The notes under the pieces are model-generated. The model worked only from the letters and a program-made list of their open reading frames with translations, did not search any database and was not told the DNA's origin. A stretch of 64,000 nt of DNA. It comes from Paraspadella gotoi. Taxonomy: Eukaryota > Animalia > Chaetognatha. The stretch is from NCBI GenBank assembly GCA_051294375.1, contig CM119265.1:11781818-11845817 (forward strand), read 5' to 3'. The translations under genes were made by a program, and so were the position numbers. The first letter of the stretch is position 1. The number at the start of each line of letters is the position of its first letter. Shown in pieces: positions 1 through 13,857 of the stretch.

Positions 1-929
1 ACATCTTAAACATTTTATTAAATTGTTGAAATTAAGAGTCATTAAAATTCAAATATTTTATCTGAACATCAAAATTTATTTTTAGCCCACAAGACGAGTT
101 AGTGCAGCAATAGAATGTAATAAAGATAAGTGGATAAGGCGCTCAGTAGGCTGAAAACTACTATCTGTATCTTGTGTGCCCCCTCGCTCGTTCAAGTTAG
201 TACAATGTGAGTTTTTAGATAATTCTTATTTTATTATTATATTATTTTATAAGGATAGTACTATATATAAATATAGCCTACTGCAAAAATTAAAAAACAT
301 AAAATTAATTTTTTTTACAAATTAATGTTCACTGATGGTATGTTGTTCATAATTGACTTTTAGAATTTGTGTATGTAACTTTCACTACGCCTTACTGCGG
401 AGCTTTGGCAAGCGCTGGTTGCTTCGTAAGAGCCATCCAGTCGTCTCCTCTTTGGGGCAATAGTTCCCGAGTCCTCAGGCGCCGGATCGACCACGGAGGA
501 CGTCAAGGTGACCAGTGAGTCGGTTTGCTGCCTTCTCCACAAGATGTGTGGCGTTCCAACGATTGCCCCCACTGGACTCGATCAGGGGCGACGCCAGCGG
601 CCAGAGGAGCGTGGACGGTGCCAACGCCGGGCAAGGTCCGCGTCCAACGGTTTTTTTTATATGACAAGCAATGATCGAAATGGTAAGAAAATAATGGAAA
701 ACACTAAACAATAGAAGAAAGTAAGGTCAGTCAAAGGTCAGTAACTTGACCTTGTTTAAATGTCAGTTATGACTTGGTTGAGGTCAGTCGTTGTTGTTGT
801 CGCCGCAACGTATACCTTGCATTAAACTTTAATTTAAAGTAATAGATTTATTTATAAATTAGGACTAAAGATCTAACAGGTTTGAATAATTACTTACAAA
901 TATTTATTTAAAAAAATAAAATGATTACC

Positions 930-993
930 TTAACCCTAAACCTAACAACCCCTAACCCGAAACCACCCCTAAACCACTATTAACCCTAACCCT
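930..993 (+). repeat. Short degenerate (TAACCC)n telomere-like tract
   Basis: TAACCCTAAACCTAACAACCCCTAACCC...TAACCCTAACCC. Confidence 0.5.
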
Positions 994-1474
994 GTTTGGT
1001 GAAAGTAAAATTAACCTCCAATTGGTATTAAATTATCATCAAATCACTTATTTAAGTTTTATCAGTGATCATATCACCTTATTCTCATATGAATTCGTTT
1101 CCTATATCAACTTTTTCTCTCCATAGTCAGCTCCGTAATTTACCGTTAATTTCTATTTGGCCCGGAACGAGGATTTCGGCTTTACCCTCGATTCCGTCGG
1201 ACTAAAGATTAGAACTACGTAGTTTAAATCTTATGTTAACCACTTTTTCGCTCGTTGAGCGGCGAAAGTTGATCCCTCGGAAGGCGCTATTTTTTCGTCG
1301 TTTTTTGCCCATAACTTTTGAACGCGTGGACCGATTTTAATGAAATTTTATATCAGTAAACTAAACGTAATTCCACGTCGATCGGTACCAAATTTATCGA
1401 AATCGAGCCACGAGGAAAAAAAGACTATGTTTTCTCTACATTATGCCAAAGGAAGTGTATTCCCTTCACGTTTC

Positions 1475-2362
1475 AAAAAAATCTTAAAAGCATAAGGATC
1501 GTCGCAATAGCATAAGAAAAATCTGGATTGACGACAAATTTTGATACTAAAAAAAATAAAATTTGAGAAAAGAAAATTAAATTATAAAAAAAGAAAAATT
1601 ATATTTTGCGATTGTCAATAAAAAAAAATAATAAAGTACGGAAGAAAATTAAAGTTACAGTTTCTGAAAAATAGAAAAATGATAACATGCACAAATGCGA
1701 TGCCTAATTTTACGAGTTCAATCCTAATTCAATTTTTTTTTAATAAAAACGCAGAGAGAGAGAGAGAAAAAGAAAGAAATCAAAAGGCAGAAGCAGTAGG
1801 AGAAAAGAGAGAAAAAGAGAGAGCCCCTGCAGAGCCAGCTGCAGACTCAGAAGGCAGCAGCAGAAGCAGAAGGAAAAAAGAGAGAAAAAGAAAGAGCCCC
1901 TGCAGACTCGTTTTTCCCCCCGATGAATCAGCACTGGGGAAAAGAGAGAGAGAGAAAGATATATAATATATATAATTAAAAGAGAAAAGAGAGAAAGAAA
2001 AAAACATAAAAATAAAAGAAGAAATTTGTTTGTTTTGATAAAATGTAAACAAAACATATTTAATAACTGTCCTGACCCAATTTTAAGCACATCGATGATG
2101 AGAAGCTGTATATAAATTTTCAGCTTCATACACCCAAATTTAATCATAAAAAAGGCGATCTATAATTTGGAACGCCAACGACAATGACGATGCCTACGCC
2201 ACTTATGCCCAAAATGGTTACTAGATCGTCGTAAACGCAAAGCGATTTCGATGATAAAAAAGGCGATCTATAATTTGGAACGCCGCCGCCGACGACGACT
2301 CCACTTATGTGCAAAACCACAGCAATATCGTCGCAGTCGCAAAGCGATTGCGACGATAAAAA
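1475..2362 (-). mobile_element. Helentron-associated non-autonomous element (HINE/DINE-1-like), family A; copies at ~6880-7350 (partial), ~9148-9743, ~50833-51709
   Basis: Minus strand starts TTTT-ATCGTCGCAATCGC...GCGACGAT (subTIR plus nearby inverted copy) and has a 3' subTIR ATTGCGACGAT shortly before a T-run; no TSD; copies align over hundreds of bp. Confidence 0.7.
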
Positions 2363-3839
2363 CCTCCGGCTTTTTTCGTCAGAGCTTAGTCCTAGGTATC
2401 TCATGATTTTATTTCAATTTTGTAGATTTAGTAAATCCATTGATTTAAAAGGTAGACGAGAATCTCGCTTAAAAAAAAATTCAACATTTTTCTAATAGAG
2501 AATTCGTTCAAATCTGACTACCCAAATTGCAAACGCGTTTGCCAGAAATTCGGTTAAAAAACACTTGTAAAAACGCACGATTCCGAGAGCGTTACATCTG
2601 AAGAGCTTGTCCTATTCGTTTTATGGCATTTGATAAAGGATTTAATATCAAACAAGCCAGGGGAAATGCACTACTCATCTCCGGAGAATTTTCAAACCTC
2701 ATTTTTACTATAGAAATGAAAGGAAAGTTTACAAACTTAAAATTGCAAACGGGATTGCCTATATGTTCCTGTTACATGAGCGACTTCGAATTTCGCGATT
2801 CTGATAGCTTTGGGTCTGAAGAGCTTGTCCTATTTTTCTTTTTTCATTTTATAATGATTTTGACATAAAATGATCAGGTTTAAATGAAATAGTCCGGTTT
2901 GAATTGCGAAATTTTTATTTAAAAAAGAAATTAAAAGGAAGGTTGAGAAAAAACTGATTTTTCCTAATATCTTTTGAAGGAATAAGGATAAAGGGATGGT
3001 AATAGTACAAAATGAAGCCATAATCATAGGGCACATACAAGATACAATTTTAGAATTACTTATGCTGAAACCTCCTTACAGGGTGAGTGTCAAACTAAGT
3101 CAAAATTATAATGAATTTTAAAACTAATGACACCCCATAAGAATAAATGAAAATTTAATTCTTTTAATGATTCTGAAAGAAAAAAGGCTAAATTGTACTC
3201 TAGTAAAACTTTAAAGTTTTTTGGATAAAAAAAATGTGAATTTTTTGTCACTTAAATATTTGCTTGTCTGATTTTACAAGCATTCTTACAAAATTATACA
3301 AAATATTATTCACCCCATCACAGCCTAAGTTATTATCTTTCTTTTCCACCAGCAAAAAGTAAACATTATTTTATGCTAGAGAACAGGGATGTTTACTGAA
3401 ATGAGCCGGAAGACATTCAACTTCTTCCTTTACTGTCATTTTTCAAATAATAAATAGGTGAATTTTTTAATTATTTAACTCTCACAGGCTTCACAAGACA
3501 TTATACTTTCATAATATCCCAATGTTAATGTAATTTATTATTTTTTTTACCGAGAAATCATAAAATAACAGAAAGTTGTGGATTCCCTTCGCTCGTTTAA
3601 GAAAAAAAATTAACTAGCGGAATTATAAGTTTGTAAGAGGAAGTCAGAATCGGCGAAAATCTTAAAAGGCGAGAATGTTGAAAAAAAGGGTGGAATTTTG
3701 ATGGTTTCCTAAGATTTCTCCACAATGTGAGGTCCGATTAAAGCGAAACTTGAGATTTACAATATTCCCGTCATTCCACATCTATCGATATAAAAATATA
3801 AGAAAAAAGTCACTGGCTTCTTTTTCTATAGCGGCTTCC

Positions 3840-4460
3840 TATAAAAGGATGCGGTTTTTTTTGTTTTACTAACAGTATGTCAGTATGTTCCTCAACTGTT
3901 AAAACTATTAAATAAATTTAAAATCTTATCTTTATTAACAATAAATGCAAGTCACAAAACAGTCACAAATTAATTGTCGTCTTTAAAAATTATTTATGGC
4001 TAATTGAAGAGTTTTTTTGATAACTTTGTAGGTGTTAAAAGCTTATTCTGTGGGCTATATTTCTGTAAGTTTAATAAATTTAAACTATTTTTTTTAAATA
4101 AATTATAATAAAAACTAAAAGTACGACTTTTTGACTTGTCAACTTTAAAATTAATTCATAAGTGAACTATGAATAGAATTCTAAAATAAAAAAATTATCT
4201 CCTTAGCAATCAAATTTGAAGACGAAAGTAAAAATGGACAAGAATGGACAAGAATGGACAAAAATGGACATGATTTTTTTTCCCTAAAAGTTGCGAAAAT
4301 GTTACTCTTATATGATTAGAAATAGCTGGATATGGTTTTAACAAATCCGTAGTTTGGCCTAATTTATATTATGGTGGAAATTAAATTAATTTTGTTAATA
4401 GTAACTGAACAATATTGGAAAAAGTTTTTTTTTCTGAATGCGAGTATTGTAAGCAGAGGC
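3840..4460. repeat. Interspersed repeat (copies at ~8275-8930 and, inverted and diverged, ~62140-62520)
   Basis: Shared blocks such as AATAAATGCAAGTCACAAAA and CTTTTTGACTTGT.AACTTTAAAATTAATTCATA. Confidence 0.7.
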
Positions 4461-5712
4461 ATATACATTAGTTAAAATCAAGTTGAGGTGCGAAAATTGC
4501 TTTCCCTCGTCGGTTACGGGCACTTACTTCTCCACAATAAGAGTAATAGTCGAATTGACTTCTTTATGACTAAAGACACGGCTCAAATCCGATGTTTTAT
4601 TTGACCCAGAAGAAACTGAAGGAAAAAAAGGCGACCACATAACCAATAATCATGTCCTAATTTGAAACAAGTATAAAATATTTGAATTAACCTTTATTCG
4701 TGGGGTCCGTTTTGCCGTCTGCTCGACTTGACATAGCCGCTATATTGGCTCAAACTGTCTACTATATTTTTTACTCTTTTTAGCAAAATTTTAATTGACT
4801 CCCTTAATTAATGAATTAGAACATTCAATTTTTAAACTATCTTTAAAGTATTCTTTAAAAATCTATTTTTAGAATTCGTTGTTTCATTAGTTTTTTAAGA
4901 ATTTTTAACCACTATCTAAATATATAAGGTAATAAAAACTTTTTTAGGCAGAAAACGTAGATTAAAGGCTATGAGAAGTCGCAATCAAATCTCCCGATTT
5001 AAACTAAAGATTATTCTGAACTGAAAAAATACCCATTTAACTTCTCAAATCTCTTCGGAACAAGCTGATAACCAATTTGAGAAATAACCCAAGATGAGAC
5101 GAATTATTAAGCGATGAGAAACACAAAATTGCTTCGTTGCAATAATTAACTGTAGGAATTAGGAGTAAAAAAAAAATTGCTTTTTTATGAATTGGTTTAG
5201 AAATAATTGTGTAGTTATTTTTCGTAGTTGTTATGCATTGGATTCGACTAGATAGATCCCGAAACAAATTCGCATAAAGCTGTTCAATTTTAGTTTTTCT
5301 CTGAGTGACGAAACAAAAAAAAAAAAAAAAATAGCAGTACAAGGTCGCGAACGCGTGAGCCCCGGATCTAAAGAGAACGAGCGCGAGCCAACTACTACGG
5401 GAAAAAAAAAAAATTTTTCTTCTTGTACCAAAAACGACCACCGGGTTAAATTTAGCGACTTCTATTTCTACAAAGTACAAAACAAACGGGAACGACTTTT
5501 CGCCTGTCCGGACGACGAGCTCGGCGCACGCAGGGGAGCGCGTGACCTCGAGACGCCGTCGAAAGCGCCGGCCTATATTTCGATTTGGCGGCGAAAGTTC
5601 GTTTTCGTGCGAATGTGAATGCGGAGAGAGAAGGAGCGATGGATGAGAAGTCGAAGACAGAGAGAGAGAGAGAAAGTCAGAGAGAAAGAGCGCTATTCCT
5701 TCCTCCTCCGGA

Positions 5713-6491
5713 TCATCTCCCACCGTCCCTGCCCGGGTAAACGGTCTTTCCGTGGGAGAAGGGCAAATACTTGTGTTTGATCATGTGCTTGATTTGACGT
5801 TTCAGCGTGATGCAAGTCAGGACGATAAAGTAGATGACGAGGATGGGCCAGAAAACGGGGATGTTCGTCGCTTCGAAGAGAGAGAGGCACAGGCAGATCA
5901 CTATCGCCTGTAGCGACACAAAGTGTCGAAGGTGATTGTTTAATATTAATAAACACCGTTTATCTACATTCAAATCCGAGCCGCACAACCCACCTTTGTC
6001 ATTGAATACCAAAACTTGAACTCTGGCAATCGGCGAATGAAGGGTCGGAACTCCTCACGGTTGCTAGTGGGAAGAGCGGCGCCCTCCTCTTCCTCGTCGT
6101 TCTGCATCGTGACGGGGTCAACTTTGGGCGTGAGGAAGGCGAGGAAAAGGTTGAGGATGTAGATGCCGAGCCCGTAGGTGATCAAGTACCACCCTTGGCC
6201 CAGCACGATGCGGGCCAGGTAGGTCACGGTTAGCACCATAGTTCCGATCCATCTGCGACGCGGAGAGCAAAAGGGGGAAGCACAAGGATTTTAATTGCAA
6301 TAAAAAGAAACTAAGAAAATGAAGCGTCGCGCCCACGCTCACCTCGGAGCCGTATGCGGCGTCCAAACGTCGAGGATCCGCTGTTGTCGCCGCGACAATG
6401 ACGAGAAGAAGGAGGCGAGAGGACCCGGTGCCGGCGCGGTGGAATCTCCAGGCGCCGAGTCGGAATACGCGGCGCTAAAGTGTGAAGCCAT
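5713..6491 (-). CDS. RER1: Protein RER1 (retention in ER 1); 3 exons: 6343-6491, 5994-6252, 5713-5907
   Basis: Spliced translation contains [41 protein letters not shown] and [12 protein letters not shown]...[19 protein letters not shown], which are RER1 family motifs; GT-AG introns keep the frame. Confidence 0.95.
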
Positions 6492-7004
6492 TTTTGAGGT
6501 TTAAATTTTTTTTTTTATTGAAGCGTTGGGGTAAGCTCTGCTTGATGAGAGATAAGTGGGGGTGAAAAAGTTGAGTGGGAAACGAAACTGGAATTAATTT
6601 AACTAAGAGACAAAAAAATAAAAGAAAAAGCCCTTGGCTAATAATGAACGATATTTCACAAAATAAGCACATTCAGTACTTGAACTAGGTATAGCACTTT
6701 GGTTCATTTTTAAAACAGCGGATTAATCATCAACAATAAGAGACCCAGTTTAAAAAAAAAAAGGGAAATATATATTGTATAACCACTGTAAATAAACAGA
6801 AAACGCCATAGATCATGACTTCGGATACAATCAATAAAGCAAAGGAAAGACGACGGTTAACAACGAAACCAAAACTTAAAAAAAAAAATCTTAAAAGCAT
6901 AAGGATCGTCGCAATTGCATAAGAAAATCTGGATTGACGACAAATTTTGATACTAAAAAAAATAAAATTTGAAGAAAAAAAAAAATTTATAAACAGAAAG
7001 AAAA

Positions 7005-7240
7005 GAAGAAAAGAATAAATAAAGAATAGAAAGGAAAGAAAGAATAGAAAAAAAAAAGAATAGAAAGGAAGAAGAATAGATAGGAAAGAAAGAATAGAAA
7101 GGAAAGAAAGAATAGAAGGAAAGAAAGAATAGAAAGGAAAGAAAGAATAGAAAAAAAAGAATAGAAAGGAAAGAAAGAATAGAAAGAAAGAAAGAAATAG
7201 AAAGGAAAGAAAGAATAGAAAGGAAAGAAAGAATAAAAAG
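7005..7240. repeat. Purine-rich minisatellite, ~18-bp unit AAAGAATAGAAAGGAAAG
   Basis: About a dozen tandem copies visible directly. Confidence 0.9.
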
Positions 7241-10200
7241 GGGAAAAAAAAAAATAATTTATAAACAGAAAGAAAAATTCTATTTTGCGATTGTCAATTT
7301 ACAGTTACAGTTTCTGAAAAAAAAGGGAAAAAAAAGAAAAAAAAAACTTTTTCATTGTCAAAAGAATAAATGGCTCCGCGTACGATCGATGTCTTTTAGA
7401 CAACGAAATCTGAACTTCAATAATTACCATCTTTCTTGATCTCACTAGTTAGTATGAAGCTTACTTCATTTAAAAAAACGGTAGTCTCAAGTTATCTCCT
7501 TCTTATCACTTAGAACTTCCCAGGTAAATTTCTATGAGTTAAAAATACGGTAAGACATGATTTCTTCAATGATTGTTTATCTAATCCCATTAACTGCGTA
7601 ATTTTAGATATAAGTATGTTCGAATTTTTATGGTATAGATCATTTTTAAAGATCGAATTCCTCATAAGAATCTTCACGTCTTTTACTTACATAAAAGTTT
7701 TTAGGTTAGACGCCACATTATCTGATACAATTTTTTTTTCTTAATACGCTTTCCCGGATTCTTTTTCTTCACTTTTTTCTTCTCTTTCTTTATATTTTCC
7801 TCTTCCTCTTTCCTCCCTTACTTCTCACTCTGTCACTTACCATTTTTTGGCCCCTACCTTTTTCTGCCACTCATGCACTTTCCTCACATTTTTTCTCTCC
7901 TTCTCTCTTTCCCTTTCTTTTCCCCTCTTTTTCTTTCCAATTTTCCCCTCATTTCCTACCTTTTATTTGTCTCACTATTTTTTCTCCCCATTTGCCTTCT
8001 TTTTTTTTGCCTTTCGCCCTGTCTTTTATTCTCTCCTCTTCTCTTTTTCTTGTTTTCCATTTCGTCTTCCCTCTCACAACGTTTACATTAAGCCAAATCA
8101 AAGAAAATATTTAAAATGCATTATAAGAAAGAAAATCAACGGTAGCGCGTGATTTTTCTTTCAATTTTGGTTGCCTAGCAAATTTAGTAAATCGACAGAT
8201 TTTGCGGAAAAATTTTCCGCAAAATCTGTCGATTTGAGAAAAAACAAGTCCTGATGCTTTCCAGTGGATTAAAAGGAAGCGGTTTTTTTTGATTAATCAA
8301 GGTCAGTATGTACCTCAACTTTTAAAACTAATAAATGAGTTGAAAATATTCTCTTTATCAAAAATAAATGCAAGTCACAAAAAGTCACAAATTAAAAGAC
8401 GTCTTTAAAAATTATTTGTGGCTAAACCAGGAAAGTTTTTTTGATAATTTTATAGGTGTTAAAAGCTTATTCAATAGGCTATATTTTCTGTTAATTTCAA
8501 CCAATTTGATTTATTTTTGTTTAACAAATTATGATAAAGACTGAAACTCCAACTTTTTGACTTGTTAACTTTAAAATTAATTCATAGGCAAACTATAAAT
8601 GATTTAAGCTAATAAATTTACCCAGAGGTAAAGAAGATGAGAAAGAACGGATTTCCAAAGTAAAAAATTTTTCTCAACTTTCCTTGGCATTCAAATCAGA
8701 AGTCGTAAGTAAAAATGAGACAAAATGGACATAATTTTTTTGGCTAAAAGTTGCCAAAATGGTACTATTTTATCATTAAAAACGGGGGAGATGTTTTTAA
8801 CCAATCCTTCGTTCGGCCTAATTTGTGTTGGGGTACAAAGTTAATCAACATTGTAAGTAACAACTGAACAATAGTGGAAAGAGTCGTTTTTTTTCCTTAA
8901 TGCAACGTTTGTACGCGGAACCAAATATAAAACTGTAAAATAACTTATTTGCGAGTTTAATTTTTAGCAAGTGCTAAGACTGGAGTAACATTATTGAAGG
9001 TACTTTTGTTTTACTTTAAGCACGCATAAGCGAGCAGTTTGATCGAATGCGACCTCTCTAAACACTGTCAGCATTCCCAGACAAAAAACAAAGTGAAACT
9101 TGAATCAGACTGACGAAGTGAATTAAAGACTAAAGTGAAATAAAAACCCGATGTTACTATAGCAAAATGATAACATGCACGAATGCGATGCTTAATTTTA
9201 CGAGTTCAATCCCATTTCAATTTTTTTTTAAAATAAAAACAGAAAGAGAGAGAGAGAGAGAGAAAAGAAAGAAGCAGCAGGAGAAAAGAGAGAAAAAAAG
9301 AGAGCCCCTGCAGACTCAAAAGGCAGCAGCAAAAGCAGCAGGAGAAAATAGAGAAAAAGAATAAGCCCCTGCAGAGCCAGCTGCAGACTCTTTTTTTTCC
9401 CTATGATTATGAATCAGTGAATAGGGAAAAGAGACAGGGAGAGAGACATGTAATTAAAAAAAAAAAGAGAGAGAGAGAGAGAAATATGAAAATAAAAGAG
9501 AAAATTTGTTTGTTTTGATAAAACATAAACAAAACATATTTAATAACTGTCCAGACTCAATTTTAAGCACATCGATGATAAGAAGCTGTATATAAATTTT
9601 CAGCTTCATAAACCCAAATTTAATCATAAATAAGGCGATCTATAATTTGGAACGCCGACGACGACAGCGACGAGGCCGACGCCACTTATGCGCAAAAGTG
9701 TTACAATATCGTCGCAAACGCTTAGCGATTGCGACGATAAAAAAGTTTGAGCAAACAATGTCTCATTTCCATTCTCATTTCCACTCGTACGTTTCCACCG
9801 AAACTTTATATCAAGCTTCGTCACACACTTTCCTACCCACACACAAAATTTCAACTCAATCTATCCATCCAATTATGATTAATTTGAGTATTTATTGGTT
9901 AAAATAAGTAAAAATATTTTAGTAAATGCGACTAATGTTTTTTTTCCAATCCAATCCAACCAGCCAATCACGAGTTATTGGAGCTTTTTGCTAAGATGGG
10001 ACGGATGGACGGATTGATTGACTGATTAATTATTTGATTTATTAAAACATCCTGCATTTACATTTAATATAAAAGGAAAAAGAAGCATTATCAATTAGTG
10101 AAACAGGTTGTTTGTTTTTTTCCATTTAAACTCATTTCCAACCAAACGATTCCATCGAAACTTGATTTCCAGCTCAATCACACTTTCCTACCCAAATACA

Positions 10201-11154
10201 AAATTTAAAGTCTATCGCCCCATACACTCATGAGTAATTGTTGTTCAAATAGTGAAATATATTTTTTTGTTTTTTCCATTTAAACTCATTTCCACTCGGA
10301 CAATTCCATCGAAACTTCATATCCAGCTCAATCACACACTTCCCTACCCACACACAAACTTAAACTTAAATTCATCCATCCAATCACGAGTAATTGGTGT
10401 TTTTTGCTCAGGTGGGATGGACGTACGGACGGACAGACAGACAAACATTTTTTTTGCATTATTTATCATAATTCGATGTTTTGACATGATATAAGTTAGT
10501 GCCCAACAATATTGAGGGGGCGGACCGGCGGACCGACAAAGTAAATTATATAGTCGGGATCTGCTGATCTGGAATGAGGTAAGGAGAATCAATATTCGTA
10601 AAAAGTTTAAATTTAACTTAAATTAAATTTCAAAAAGTGAGGAATGAACAACGTTGTACCAATGAACAATGTATAAAAAAAATTTATTATATTTTTAGCA
10701 ATTTACGCATTAAGCTATATTTATATATAGTAGTAACCCCATAATTGTTAAAATTTCAAAATGGTAGAGACCAGCACAAAAATTTAGTATTTTCAATGAA
10801 TGGATTTAAACCTTTAATCAGACCCCCACAAATGTCAATTGATCATTGATTGCCAATTTGATTGGTAATTTTTAGAATACGAGGCAAGCAATGAACGCTG
10901 ACTATACATCAGTTTCTGCTATTCTTTTCTGAGCAACATTTTTGAACGAAAACCTTTAACAATTGCAAATATCTATAAGCAAGGGTTTAAAGTTTAAGGC
11001 TGCATCTTCTTTTTATCAATTTTAAGCAATAAATGGCTTTGGTGGCGTAAAAACTATGTCATACCCATTTTTTCCCTTATAAAGATGAAATAATAATAAT
11101 ATTTTTTTAAATTATAATTTAAAATGAATTTATAAATAAAAATCTGAAGAGACA

Positions 11155-11378
11155 GTAATTATTGTTAAGTGTTAATGACAGAACCGTTCAATATAAGCAG
11201 TCCCTGAGCTTCGGATCAGGCTGTAACACCATGTTACAGGCGGGTTAAGCGCCCCGTCCCTCTTAACTGCCAGACGACCACCGGGCTAGAACCCCGGACC
11301 TTTGGGTTGGGAGGCGAATGACTTGCCTCTGGCACCAATGGCCGCTGATGAACGGTTGGTGGATCTTAGTCCACCATA
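11155..11378 (-). mobile_element. tRNA-derived SINE-like repeat, copy 1
   Basis: Highly similar to 38880-39106. Minus strand has A-box-like TGGTGCCAGAGG, B-box-like GGTTCTAGCC and acceptor-like stem GCGGCCA/TGGTCGT. Confidence 0.65.
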
Positions 11379-13378
11379 AATCTATAATAATTTTAGCTTT
11401 TTACTTAAAAGTGTGGCGCAAAAAAGCATAAAATGGCGCTACGCACAGTGATCGAAATGAGGTTTTTTCTCGGAAAAACTATGCACATAGTGCAATTAGT
11501 TGGTTTTTATTAAGTTGTTATATTGTAAGTAGTTATATTTAAAAAACTTTATTCGTTACCTTATAAAATGGTAAATATGTTTGTATGATTTTTTAAATTT
11601 GGTAAAAAAGAAAATAATTCTATTATGGCAACGGAGGGACATGTGTGATGCTTGGGGTGTGAGGAATCTCCTAACAGCTGGCGCTCAGGGCTTTGGACCT
11701 GCATTAACATTGACAAACAACTTGCCTCTAATCTCCACATCTTAATGATAATTGGATTCAATTATGTTTCTTTCTTCTTTTGTCATTTTTTGCTTTTTAT
11801 TTTTTTTTCTCCGAGTAATAATTGTCCTAGTTAAGAACTAAAGTTTTTTGTTTTTTTTAAATAAATTTTTTTTAAAAGAATACTATACAAAATAAATTAG
11901 TTGTATCGAATTTTTGTAAAAAAAATTATTTAAAAAATCATTTGGTTATAACTAATCATGCCGGACACGGCGGACAAAAAGTCAAATATGGTAGCTTCCT
12001 GATATGATGAATCATTAAATGTAGTGGAAATGGCCGTGCTTCCGCGTGCTTCCATTTAGACTTTAGGCTAGTATTTGAAAACTTATATACAGTAAAATGC
12101 TGTTCAAGCAATTTATAATAAAAAATTAATTTTTTATCGTTAAAATGTCTACAAATAACAAAAAGTGAGCTCCAAAAAAAGAAAAGCCTTAAATCTCCAA
12201 TATGAATAATTTTTACTACCCGATATCATAAGACAGTGTTCTTGTGATACACCTGGACGGATTAAACGAAAAATTATTAACATATGATGCACCACCCTTT
12301 TTCAGAGTTAAAAAAAATATTTCGATGACTGTGCTACGCCACGCCACGCCACGCCACGTTTGATCTTCTCTCCTCCCTTTCCTCCGCCTTTTAATTTCGA
12401 TACAATCTCCGTCGATTTTTTTTTCGGTTTTAATTCTTTCAACTCGAAAAAATCTCGAATAGCGTGAAAAAGTGTTAAATTCTGGATAAAAAAAAATTAA
12501 CATTGTGTCATGACCCAACCAGTTCATCAATGTTCCAATGAGATGTATCTGTATTATCATATTAAAAGTTTAAAAAAATATTTTATCAATGCAAAGATAT
12601 TTAATAAAATAATAAATGAAAATATTAGACAAATCTACTAAACAATGGAATATACCAGAGTTCAGAAAACTTGTTTAGATTCTGAACATAATAAGGACGA
12701 GAATACACCAATTTTATACTCATACCTCAGCTTTATCTGATGATACACATTTTCAAGGTTTAAAACATAGTGAGGTTAAGCAAAGGCTTCAGCATCATAT
12801 GTTACCTTAATGTTTTTCCCAGAAATTTGTGTTCTTGATACTGTGGTACAAACAAATGTCAACTCGTCAATTAGAAAAAAAAACCTATATTTTAAGCTGA
12901 AAATTAAATTTTAGTATATTAAATATTTTTTAAAAAAATTTTTAACCTACTTAATGAAATTTTTTTTTAAAAATGGGTTATATTTTCTTTCAACTTTTAC
13001 CATCAAAATTAAGAAAATTTCATTTTGAAATTTTAGAAATTCTTAATATAAATATATATTTATATATATATATATGTAAATATAATTTTTTTTTTTATAA
13101 ATTAAAGTTCACTGGTGGTACGTTGTTCATAATTGACAATTATAATTTTCATAATTAACTTTCACGACTCTCTATTCATCAGTTTAAAGAAAATAACTTT
13201 TTGGTTTACGCTCATAAAGTAAAATTTAAAAAAACCTCAGAATAAACTGTATGTGCCAACTAAATCAATACTGATAGAAAAAAAAACAAACGAATCGGTA
13301 ATTCTGGGAAAGTTTTTTATCCTTTTTTTGAGCGGATCCTGAACACACGTTCCGATTACGAGAGGACGAGGAGACGCG

Positions 13379-13857
13379 TTAATGAGAAGCGGTGGGGCAA
13401 TTGCGAGATATGTGGCCGTATTGCTGGCAGTTGTAGCACTGCTGATTGTAACGTCCACCTCCCCCACTCTCCGTGCATTCGCGGCTAAAGTGTCCTGCGT
13501 GAAGACCAAGATCATCCGGTAATTTTTATTATTCTGGATATCACTTTAGACGAACGTTTCCGCATTACCCGGCTGCCCACAATTAAAGCAAGCTCCTCCT
13601 CCTCCGTCGCTTCCGCTTGCGCGGCCTCCGGAGGCATTTCGGTTAACACAATCCCTGGAAATGTGCCCCTCCTCGCCACAGCTATAGCAGGCGCGATTGG
13701 AAAGACCGCCGCCACGACGGGGTTCCGGACAATCCCTACTTTTTTTTTTAAATGACGGCAAATCATTCGTAATCTCATTTTTTAATACCAAATACAAATG
13801 AACTGACCTCGAAAGATGGCCGGGACCTCCACAGTTATAACAGTTACGGTCACCCAT
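13379..13857 (-). CDS. CNBP: CNBP/GIS2-like CCHC zinc-knuckle protein, paralog A (3 exons, 4 knuckles)
   Basis: [19 protein letters not shown]...CYSCGEEGHISRDC...CFNCGQPG/HFSREC...CYNCQQYGHISRNCPTASH*; Gly-rich linkers; GT-AG introns. The symbol is a family-level call. Confidence 0.8.

Noticed and set aside
395-650. GC-rich island with short ORFs
   Set aside because: No recognisable domain or consistent splice sites; probably a TE fragment and cannot be assigned.
930-993. True telomere or telomere-addition site
   Set aside because: Short, degenerate and internal; such tracts are common within MITEs.
1679-2495. Several 60-135 aa ORFs, repeated at 9167-9907 and 51264-51848
   Set aside because: Low-complexity translations of the repeated Helentron-type element; frames are not conserved between copies.
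5037-5723. 228-aa ORF downstream of RER1 and a GC-rich stretch starting GGCCGGC (HDV-ribozyme-like start)
   Set aside because: No protein motif; the nested double pseudoknot of an HDV ribozyme could not be built. Likely RER1 3' UTR.
7005-7240. Regular repeats as a CRISPR-like array
   Set aside because: Simple tandem minisatellite with no unique spacers, in a eukaryotic context.
11270-11345. Functional tRNA gene
   Set aside because: The anticodon and D arms do not pair properly, and it is embedded in a longer dispersed repeat.
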